DNA of 63,981 nt, counting the filler, from Sanchytrium tribonematis (Eukaryota): assembly GCA_018985235.1 (NCBI GenBank). It is 5 parts of 5 records of this genome, joined end to end, with 100 filler letters (N's around TTAATTAATTAA, not from the genome) between each part and the next. Parts side by side here need not be neighbours in the genome. Positions count along the whole stretch, not along the records: positions 39,987 to 53,153 come from JADGIG010000199.1; positions 53,254 to 63,981 come from JADGIG010000284.1; 3 more parts are not named here. One strand, given 5' to 3'. Shown one piece after another: positions 46,401 to 54,937 of the stretch (position 1 is its first letter; each line of letters starts with the position of its first letter). The notes under the pieces were generated by a model. The model did no database searches. It was given only the letters and a program-made list of their open reading frames with translations, and had not been told where the DNA came from. The position numbers were made by a program, and so were the translations under genes.

Positions 46401-46998
46401 TTAGATGATATGCGATGTTTCAGATGATGAACATTTAAAGGATTTGCCACTTCATCACAAAGCTATTGTACATGCTCACACAAGAATTATCACTTATGTG
46501 AACCAATATTGACCAAAATTTCCTTCGTCGGTGAATTAACAATCATCAATGATGGGAGATAGATAATTTTATTAATAATTTAGCACCACGTGTACAGCAA
46601 TCATGTGGACAGCAATTATTGATACTGCAAGAATAAGTCCCATTATAGTTAAAAAAAGGTGACAAGTCTGTCAAGATACAAAGATAAATTCATGTAACTT
46701 CGGCCATTCCGGGGGCCGCGCTTGCCGTAGGCGCATTTACTTCCATAAATGGACGAAACCCGTGCTTCTGCATCCAGTCAGGCGCGGTTGATTGCTTGTA
46801 AATCAACCTTAGCCATCTCAGCGACTTCAAAATACGCCTTGCCATACAACCGGTTCGTCTGCCCTATACCTTGCAGCTCGATCAGGATCTCGGAGTCCTC
46901 AAACCCGGTAGTACATGCGTCTCGGATGTACTGTCTGTACACCTCTTGCTAGCTCGAGTAAAGGGTTTGCTAACAATTTCTTTAATTCTGAATCATGG

Positions 46999-48152
46999 CT
47001 AATATAGAAGACCTCTGATATTGTTAAACTCGTTCAAGATTATAGTTGACATTTCAAAGTCGTTTTTTGTACCAAAATGATTCAAAAATTTTGATCCTAA
47101 AATAAGATCTTGGCCAGTATTATCACAAATCATTAAGGAAATCTCTACATTTAAAGAAGGAGATAGTCCTCTCAAATTTAAAGTGGCTGTTGTTTGGCCC
47201 ACACATTCGAGTTTGGAACCTGTAATGCTTTGAGCATCCCATTTTGAGGGTGATATTGTTAAAGACAAGTAATTGGCCAATGATTTACTGATGATGTTTT
47301 CAGCGCTGCCAGAGTCTAGCAAAGTTGATTGACCATTTGTTTGACCATTACCTTTAATTCCAACTGGTAATTGTGGTCTTCCATCAATCACTGCAACTTG
47401 TGATTTCCTGTTTTTAGGGTGTAACTCTGGGTGCCATACCCAACATTTTTCTTCAGGGTGATTTTTATGCGTATAAGTCTTTTTGTTTCTTTTGTGGGGA
47501 TTCTTTGAGTCATTTGGGGGGTCCTTTGGAGAATCATTTTTTCGCTTTTGATTGACCTGTTTGGAAAGTAATTTCATATTTTCTTCCGCTCTTTGAGCAG
47601 TAGAGAAAGCCTCGGACAAATATGAAACATTTTGCAACGTTGCAAATGCTTAAATATCTTTTAATAAACCATCCAAGAAGGCGTTTATTTGGTCACGCCC
47701 ACTCAATTTGTCATCTGCAGAGGATGCTAGGAAAGTCCAACATTGTACATTTTGTTTAAATCGGTAAAAATAGCTATCAACCGATTCTTCTTGCATTTGC
47801 TTTAAGCGGCGAAATTTGCCATAAAGTTTGCGGTGTTTATCAGCACCAACAAAAATGTCTAGTACCTCTTGCAAAGCCTCTGTAGTGGACGGATATGGCG
47901 AAAATTCAATATAGGTCTGCAAAGCAACACCACCAAGAGCAAGTTTGAGTTGTACACAACCGGTTGACTCTGGATCATCAGTGTTGCTTCATTTTTCCAC
48001 TTGCAAGTTGCCATGTGGCTTTCAAATTCCTTTCTGAAAAACACAAAGTTCTCACTAGGGGTACCAAAATATTTTTTTATACTCGACTTATCCTCTGAAT
48101 TGGGACACGTAAATTTAACGTCAGCGTTTTCGTATTTTAATTTCTGAAACAT
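46999..48152 (-). mobile_element. Degenerate Ty3/Gypsy gag-protease
   Basis: Frameshifted gag fragments (LKQ..ESVDSYF.RF, FLDGL), knuckle remnant H.EEKCW..HPEL and retropepsin LLDSGS..DLILG..FL. Confidence 0.8.
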
Positions 48153-48164
48153 TTGAATTTAAAA

Positions 48165-48340
48165 TGTCGTAACCGGTTAAGGAAGTAAGTTATTTATTGA
48201 TGCTTCCTTTTATGGACTATGCAAGTACTTCTAATAAGTATGAATCCAATGGAATCATCCTTGGGGAATCACGGCTTCCTTTTATTGGTTACTAGATATG
48301 AAGGAAGATAGAGCGGAATTTGAATACTCGTGATATTACA
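48165..48340 (-). repeat. Possible 5' LTR of the gag-PR element
   Basis: Minus strand begins TGTAATA and ends TACGACA (imperfect TG..CA inverted ends), contains AATAAA and lies just upstream of the gag ATG; no second copy is visible. Confidence 0.3.
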
Positions 48341-48550
48341 TTTTCGTGCCATTTAAATAGAAGCACCCATATCTTGTAGAATTTCAAACAAATAACGAGG
48401 GGTGTATTTTATAAATCTCTTGAAACCAATAAAAAATGGCCTTATTTGCATGTGAATCAATCCAAAACTATCAATTTTTCAGATTGCTTTAGCAACGAGT
48501 TCTGGAGTTATCCCAAATTAAAAGTAACATTCTGATAATTTATTAGAAAA

Positions 48551-51169
48551 CTATTTTTTTTTGAATGTAACTCGCAAATCTTTCCATAAAGATGATGCAT
48601 TGATAATTACGCTTTGTATTGCCTTTGGCAGCAATGTACTATTATCACTCTCGATCAAATCCTTAAAAAGATACCCGTTATTTGGGAGATTTAACAACAA
48701 TTGCTTCGTATCTTCAATTGATTTTAAATCCACAGGTGCTTTACTAAATTCCTTGACCATTTCTTGGTATTCGTGAAGTTTCAAAATCAAGAACTGTTTC
48801 AGAGAGTCATTATTTTCCTCCTCAATCTGGTGCTCAATCTCATTCTCAACTATATCGTATCCCAGAATTAAACAATTTCGCACCATAAAAGAACGAATTC
48901 GAGCAGAGCTAGTTAGCATTATTGTCAATTCATTATAATTGTCTTCTTTTAATTTTTTTCGATCCCTTAATAATTCTTCTTTAGTAATAACTTGATTTAC
49001 CACTTGGTTTACCAGTTTGACATCATCATTGTCTTTAGGGTCATCTACATATCTATACTTTTTAACGAAATGTTGACTATCGTCATGTCCACATTCGCAA
49101 TTCACGAAAGCAGCACTAAACCACCACCAGCCGCGAGACATATTCCCCCAACCTCCTTTTTCTGTCTTATAGCATTCTTTTTTACCGCATTCATAATTAG
49201 TACAAGAAATTATTTTTAAACCTAACTCTTCTTGTACTTTCTTCTTGGGTCTAGCTTTGAGAAGCTCCAAATTTCCTTTAGTTTCTCTAATACGTTCCTC
49301 TTGATTAGATATTTCCTGATTGTATTCAAAAATTAGCTTGCTTGCCTGGGAAATAGGTCCCGATAATTGTTTTGACAAGTCTTGGCAAAAATTCAATGTT
49401 AAAATTTCTGAAAAATTTACGGGCTTTTTTGCAGTCACAAAATCTTTGAAAAGCCGAATCATCTCAGCTCTCGATTCATCCCAGTGCTGACGGCATTGAA
49501 TTTCACCATGTGAGGATTTATAAAGGGACATATTGCATCCAGATTTGGCCATGACCAAATATTGATAGCACTTGTTTTCAAAGTCAAATGAGTTTTCTGT
49601 GTCAATTTTCACATCTGTTTTTATTTCTTCTAGAAAATCCTCAATGACAGAGTGTGCGTCCGATGATCCGGCTGTACCTGTAAAACAGAATGCGACATTT
49701 TTAGCCGCGGGTTTGGGGATAATTCTCAGTATATTTTGAAAGTTCTCGCGAACTTCTGGAGACAACTTATTTTCAGATCCTCTGATGAGAAACACAGCAC
49801 AATTGTAAAGTGGATCTGCCTTGATATGATTTAAAATGCTTACAAAATTTTTTTCATCTTGTTCTTTGCCTTCAGTATCATTGATTCCAGGAGTATCCAC
49901 AAGCTCGATTACAAATTTTGAATCAGGATTATCCATATCTGGAATAGTAAATTCGTAAGTTGTGCAATCTTTAGTGTTTGAAGCTATCATTTTGCTATTA
50001 AATTCTGACTGCTGTTCGCGAAATTGCGCTTTTATCTTGTCGGAGCCTCTCGCTTCAAATACCGTCGGAATGACACAATTCACCTTACCCGGACAATTTA
50101 CAGCATCTTCCAGAGTCTCAAAACTTAAATAATTTTGAATAGAGTTAATAAATGTTGATTTTCCAGCTCGTGATGTACCTATAACCATTAGTTTGTAAGT
50201 TTTACAATCATCAGTTTTGACAGTGTCCTCCTTAGAGTCAACCATAAAATTGACCTTTTGTCTGGAGAATACAAAGCCATGAAAAAGCCGCACTGTTTCA
50301 GCTCTTGAATCTTTCCAATGTTGAACACATTGGTTTTCGCTGTATACAGGCCGAAATTGGGTAATATCGCAACCACTTTTTGCCATGACCAAAAATTGGT
50401 AGCATTTGTTTTCAAAAGCAAAGGAATTTGCTTCGTTAATATTTATATTGGTATCAGTTTCATCTAGAACCTCTTCTATGACTGAATAAGCATTTGAGAG
50501 AGCAGGCGACCTTGTGAAACAGAAGGTGACATTTTGAGCCGCAGATTTTGGAATAAGTCGTAACATCTTTTGCAATTTCTCTCGAACTTCTGGTGTTAAA
50601 GTATGCATTGTACCGTCTACCACAAATATTGCACAATTATAGAGTGGATCTACTTTGATATGTTCAAGAACCATTGCAAAATCATTCTCATCTTGCACTT
50701 TACTTTGTTGATCATTGCTCCACGGAACCTCCATCATCTCCATTACAATGGCCGCATTAGAATTTTCCTTCACTGGAATTTTGAATCTATAAGTTTTGGA
50801 TTCCATAAAATTGCTTGTTGATTCAACATTGAAATCTGATTGCTTTTCACGAAACTCCACTTTTTTCTTGTCAGAGCCTCTGGCTTCAAATAAGGTTGGT
50901 ACTACAAATTTTAGCCCGCTTGGACATTCTATAGCCTCTTTTAACGTTTCAAAATTTAAATAATTTTGAAAAGAATTGATCAAAGTTGACTTTCCAGCTC
51001 TTGATGTACCTAAAACCATCAGTTTATAGACCTTGGATATATCTTCACTAGTGCTATCAATAATCTGTTCACTATCGTTATTCAATGCAACGCTGGACAG
51101 CCTCTCCGAGGTACCAGGGATTTCAACATGTTCAAAATCTGACATAGCTTGGTATGAATACGATGTCAT
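48551..51169 (-). CDS. Tandem two-G-domain protein (AIG1/GIMAP/septin-like TRAFAC GTPase) with coiled coil and Cys/His-rich module
   Basis: Two GTSRAGKST P-loops; domain 2 has SNT (G2), LVDTPG (G3) and FCFT; domain 1 has EVPW in place of DTPG; C-terminal CTNYEC..C..CECGH...H. Confidence 0.8.
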   Translation of the reverse strand: MTSYSYQAMSDFEHVEIPGTSERLSSVALNNDSEQIIDSTSEDISKVYKLMVLGTSRAGKSTLINSFQNYLNFETLKEAIECPSGLKFVVPTLFEARGSDKKKVEFREKQSDFNVESTSNFMESKTYRFKIPVKENSNAAIVMEMMEVPWSNDQQSKVQDENDFAMVLEHIKVDPLYNCAIFVVDGTMHTLTPEVREKLQKMLRLIPKSAAQNVTFCFTRSPALSNAYSVIEEVLDETDTNININEANSFAFENKCYQFLVMAKSGCDITQFRPVYSENQCVQHWKDSRAETVRLFHGFVFSRQKVNFMVDSKEDTVKTDDCKTYKLMVIGTSRAGKSTFINSIQNYLSFETLEDAVNCPGKVNCVIPTVFEARGSDKIKAQFREQQSEFNSKMIASNTKDCTTYEFTIPDMDNPDSKFVIELVDTPGINDTEGKEQDEKNFVSILNHIKADPLYNCAVFLIRGSENKLSPEVRENFQNILRIIPKPAAKNVAFCFTGTAGSSDAHSVIEDFLEEIKTDVKIDTENSFDFENKCYQYLVMAKSGCNMSLYKSSHGEIQCRQHWDESRAEMIRLFKDFVTAKKPVNFSEILTLNFCQDLSKQLSGPISQASKLIFEYNQEISNQEERIRETKGNLELLKARPKKKVQEELGLKIISCTNYECGKKECYKTEKGGWGNMSRGWWWFSAAFVNCECGHDDSQHFVKKYRYVDDPKDNDDVKLVNQVVNQVITKEELLRDRKKLKEDNYNELTIMLTSSARIRSFMVRNCLILGYDIVENEIEHQIEEENNDSLKQFLILKLHEYQEMVKEFSKAPVDLKSIEDTKQLLLNLPNNGYLFKDLIESDNSTLLPKAIQSVIINASSLWKDLRVTFKKK
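49412..51028 (-). repeat. Intragenic duplication of the G-domain (copies about 50246-51028 and 49412-50197)
   Basis: Colinear peptides (YKLMV.GTSRAGKST.INS.QNYL, FEARGSDK, DPLYNCA, FENKCYQ.LVMAKSGC, HW..SRAE..RLF) offset by 831 nt. Confidence 0.95.
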
Positions 51170-51281
51170 TAGTGCTCCACGCTTTATATTCGAAAATTGA
51201 GCTCACGTGATCGAGACGTCAATTGACACATGATAGACGTGGGTAAACCTTTAAAAAACCTGAAGCACTTTTTCAAAATTC
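51170..51281. promoter_or_regulatory. Putative bidirectional promoter with clustered palindromic bHLH/bZIP-type sites
   Basis: TGAGCTCA (51198), TCACGTGA (51203), GACGTC (51215), GTCAATTGAC (51218) and GACGTG (51236) within about 45 bp between divergent ATGs. Confidence 0.5.
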
Positions 51282-52988
51282 ATGGAGGAACCATTACAAA
51301 TTGATACGTCTTTGATAAATTTATTGAGTGATTTGAGAGCACTAGGCTTTCAAGAAAAATTCGAGAACTACGACTCAATTGAACTTCCATGCATCTGTGT
51401 TGTTGGGCATCAAAGTTCAGGTAAATCTAGTTTGTTATCAGAACTAGTAGGATTCAAATTTCCAACTGGTGCAGGAAAAGCAGTGACAAAATGCCCGATC
51501 GAATGTCACGCATCTAAAGCAGCCGAGCAGTACCTCAAGGTTTCACACGGAAATCAAATTTTGCATGAGGGAGGATTTTTAGAGCCAGAAGGTCTATACA
51601 ATCTCATCAAAACAAAGACCATGTCTAAATTTGATATTACCCCCGTTATTATCAAACAGACTGGTCCAGATTGTCATGAATTTTCTGTAGTTGATTTACC
51701 TGGGTTGACAGCTGACAAAGTCGAAAAGCAACAAGTTGAACAAATGTACAACAAATATATTAAAAGCAAATACACCATCATGTGTATTGCAAATCAAGCA
51801 AGTGTTGATTTAAAGACGAATGATGCATTGACGCTTTGTTCTGCAGTGGACAAAGAAAGCGAACGCACTGTCCTAGTTTTTACCAAAATTGATGAATTTA
51901 ATTCGCCTGACTTAATCAATTTGATCTTGGATAAAAATGGATATGCTGTTAGATGCCGAACAGCATTTAATGAGGATTTGGCATATCTAGAGCAACAGAC
52001 ATTTGAGAGAGAAATCTGGTCAAAATTTCCCACTAAATATAAAGGCATTGCGCGTCTACGAGAAACCTTGCAATTGCGTCTGACCAAAAAAATAAAGGAG
52101 CAACTCCCAAGGCTAGCTGGCCAATTGTTAGAAGAGAAAAGAAAAAAAGAAATTCAAATGGAAAATTTCAATATCCATGCTCTATCAGATTCTGACATTT
52201 CTTTCAAAGCAGGCATGTGTCTAAAAGATTTTTCAGGTCAGATTTTGAGTTTTTGTAATGGCACAAGCACAGATAATATTTTGTATTTATTTCAATTTCT
52301 AGACAATGATGAATTGGTTCATAAGGTAGAAAGCATTATCAAATTTGACTTGAAAGAGTTTGAGTTGCTTTGTAAGAAATTCCCAGGGAAAGGCTTTAAA
52401 TTTTTAGGTAGTGAACAGATTCACTTGAACTGCGTCAAGCGTTCCATCGAATTAATTAGGCCAATTCTTGTTCATTATGTGGCGAAATTAAGTAGTGATT
52501 TGTCTTCTGATTACAATTCACGTTTCCAAAGTGCCAGTGCTCTTGATAATGGTGTGATGAAAGCGATGACTCAAAAACTGGACCTTTTTATAGATAAGAC
52601 CAAGATTAAGATTTTGGAGGAATTGGACAAAAAATTGTCGTCTGAAGGCAACTATTTAACCTATAGAACCACTCAGATTAAGGAATTGACAAAGCCACGG
52701 TTGGGCAATCCTAACCCAATGTATGAGTACATTCTCACGTATAATAATATATTAGCACAGAGACTTGTAGAGTATTTGGAATGTATAACTAAGCAATATT
52801 TTTTGAATGAGTTTGCGATGGGTTTTGAGGCTTATTGTCAAGAATCAACATCTGGGCGTCAGGAATTCATTATAATTTTGAAAGAATTATTGACGCCGTC
52901 CGAGGAAACAAAGAAAAGGTATACATCAATTGAATACCAAGTCTCCCAGCTAAATGTTGCCTTGAAACTATTGAAAGATTTTCAATAA
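51282..52988 (+). CDS. Short dynamin-superfamily GTPase (Mx-like; G domain, stalk, GED)
   Basis: LPCICVVGHQSSGKSS, VTKCP, VDLPG and TKID; C-terminal GED-like helix; no recognisable PH, PRD, TM or targeting extension. Confidence 0.85.
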   Translation: MEEPLQIDTSLINLLSDLRALGFQEKFENYDSIELPCICVVGHQSSGKSSLLSELVGFKFPTGAGKAVTKCPIECHASKAAEQYLKVSHGNQILHEGGFLEPEGLYNLIKTKTMSKFDITPVIIKQTGPDCHEFSVVDLPGLTADKVEKQQVEQMYNKYIKSKYTIMCIANQASVDLKTNDALTLCSAVDKESERTVLVFTKIDEFNSPDLINLILDKNGYAVRCRTAFNEDLAYLEQQTFEREIWSKFPTKYKGIARLRETLQLRLTKKIKEQLPRLAGQLLEEKRKKEIQMENFNIHALSDSDISFKAGMCLKDFSGQILSFCNGTSTDNILYLFQFLDNDELVHKVESIIKFDLKEFELLCKKFPGKGFKFLGSEQIHLNCVKRSIELIRPILVHYVAKLSSDLSSDYNSRFQSASALDNGVMKAMTQKLDLFIDKTKIKILEELDKKLSSEGNYLTYRTTQIKELTKPRLGNPNPMYEYILTYNNILAQRLVEYLECITKQYFLNEFAMGFEAYCQESTSGRQEFIIILKELLTPSEETKKRYTSIEYQVSQLNVALKLLKDFQ

Positions 52989-53153
52989 ATATTAAATACT
53001 AAGGAGGTAAATGCTGATACGCAACTTTATGAGTTTTACCATGTTTTCTAAGGGGTGTTAAGGTATGCAAAATAATGAAACGCAAGGAGACGCCGCCACG
53101 TCATTCTGAGTCATTTTTATAGTTTGTTTTATGACCCGATTTGTAATTTTAGC

Positions 53154-53253
53154 NNNNNNNNNNNNNNNNNNNNNNNNNNNNNNNNNNNNNNNNNNNNTTA
53201 ATTAATTAANNNNNNNNNNNNNNNNNNNNNNNNNNNNNNNNNNNNNNNNNNNN
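53154..53253. other. Artificial contig-joining linker
   Basis: N44-TTAATTAATTAA-N44. Confidence 0.98.
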
Positions 53254-54930
53254 AGTCAAAATTATGCTTTGTATCAAATGTTTTATAAATCCAATATACT
53301 AAGAGATCCGCATCATCTCCATATTGCTATTCAAAGATATATTATTTTTTTAAATTATTTGAATCAAAAAGACAATTATGAGGAAATGGATTTACCTGTA
53401 GACATCGCATGCATCTGGCATATACACATGTCCAATTATAAAGAGTATAGAAGGGACATTTTTAACAATTTCGGAAATTCTCCCATATTGCATACAAACT
53501 ATTTTCTACACAATCAGTTCAAAAGAGAAAATTTCAAATTGGACTTGCCATTTGACCACGATGACACAGAACCTGATGTTGAATTTCGATTTGATACTGA
53601 TTTATATTCCTTGATTAAAAAATACAAACTATTTTGCAACTCATTAGAAATCGCCAATTTTGATAAATTGAGAATTGGATATCTTAACATTATCGAATCT
53701 AATGAAAACAAGTGGCAAATATTGGGAGCCAAGGACTCTAAAATCCAATTTTTTATCGCAACCCATTCTTTGTTCATCAAAAATTTTCAAGGATTTTTCG
53801 AATTGTCTGATGTTAAACCAATCATGCAGCCACCTAAACGATTTTATGAAGTGCAAGATGCATCTGATCTGTATTCTTCTTTTTTAAAATTGAATCAAGC
53901 AATTTTAGAATTTTTGAATCAAATGCCAGACTTTAACGTTTGGTTCACGAGTGCTGAAAGGCGTTATGTCAAGTTTCTTGCCCTACTTAATCAATGTAAC
54001 AATGTTTTGCCACCTATAGACGTTCTTATTATATGGTATTTTCATTTTATTAATACTGAATCATACATTTGTGACTTATTCAGACTCTTCCAAAATGAGT
54101 TATACTTCCAAAAATTTCCTATACTGGATATTCTTCATTTCATTCATTCGAGCCCATTTACTACTGTAGCTTGGCAGTCATATGTTGATCCATTGAGCAT
54201 TAGTTGTTTTGAATCATTTGTTGGCGAACCTTTTTCAAATGACAAACTCCAACTGGCTATGGCAATTGAAGAATGTAGAAGCTGTAAAACTATGCTTTGC
54301 TTGTCATCAAAAAAATTGTCTGGTTTTTATTTGGGAGTGAATTGTTTGGTTTGTCCATGCTGTAATGAAATAATGACTCGAACAAATGCGGGAGTTTTGC
54401 AGCTACTCCAAGATCTGCGTAATTTAGAATCTAACACGCTCTCGAAGTACCAAAGTCCAATTTTTGATCAGTCTTCTGGAAAGCTTATAGAAACTGATTT
54501 AAAAATCACATTAAAAGACGGCGTGTATAGTGACCCGTTATTTTACTTAAAATCATTGGGCATTAATGATGATATATTCAGGCTGTATGCTGATTCATGT
54601 TCAGAATTGAGTATTAATTTGTTTGATTATGTATCTCAATGGAAACTTTTATTGCCACATGCTTTGATGACAATTCAAAAAAAGGAAGAAAAACATAAGC
54701 AGCTCAAAAAATTAATTTTTAAGCAAGAAAATTCAAGCAAACTGCCCATTGATTCACTATACGTTGACGAGTACTTGTATGATTGCTACTTGCGATTAAA
54801 CATTGTGGAATACATAAAAATTGCCATGGATAATTTTGAAAGTATTCCTCTAGTTTATTTAAGACCGCCTTCACCTTTCCCTCGTTCGGTGGTCAAGGGA
54901 CTGAAATGGCTAAGTAATAAATTGAGATAA
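53254..54930 (+). CDS. DUF1399/GRDP-like protein with repeated domains, probably 5'-partial
   Basis: Two repeats: AIQRY..FL..PVDIACIWHIHM..Y..D and AERRYVKFL..PPIDVLIIWYFH..Y..D, plus CxxC pairs. Confidence 0.75.
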   Translation, partial: SQNYALYQMFYKSNILRDPHHLHIAIQRYIIFLNYLNQKDNYEEMDLPVDIACIWHIHMSNYKEYRRDIFNNFGNSPILHTNYFLHNQFKRENFKLDLPFDHDDTEPDVEFRFDTDLYSLIKKYKLFCNSLEIANFDKLRIGYLNIIESNENKWQILGAKDSKIQFFIATHSLFIKNFQGFFELSDVKPIMQPPKRFYEVQDASDLYSSFLKLNQAILEFLNQMPDFNVWFTSAERRYVKFLALLNQCNNVLPPIDVLIIWYFHFINTESYICDLFRLFQNELYFQKFPILDILHFIHSSPFTTVAWQSYVDPLSISCFESFVGEPFSNDKLQLAMAIEECRSCKTMLCLSSKKLSGFYLGVNCLVCPCCNEIMTRTNAGVLQLLQDLRNLESNTLSKYQSPIFDQSSGKLIETDLKITLKDGVYSDPLFYLKSLGINDDIFRLYADSCSELSINLFDYVSQWKLLLPHALMTIQKKEEKHKQLKKLIFKQENSSKLPIDSLYVDEYLYDCYLRLNIVEYIKIAMDNFESIPLVYLRPPSPFPRSVVKGLKWLSNKLR

Positions 54931-54937
54931 TTTATTC

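Noticed and set aside
48153..48164. Self-priming (Tf1-like) primer-binding site after the putative LTR
   Set aside because: No tRNA-type TGG PBS, but also no complementary sequence found within the putative LTR, and the LTR call itself is weak.
13259..53253. Recurrent TTAATTAATTAA flanked by Ns at about 13-kb spacing as a biological repeat
   Set aside because: It is an identical 100-nt six-frame-stop linker. The complete contigs fall in decreasing size (13236, 13192, 13167 bp), i.e. size-sorted concatenation, so no synteny across linkers can be inferred.
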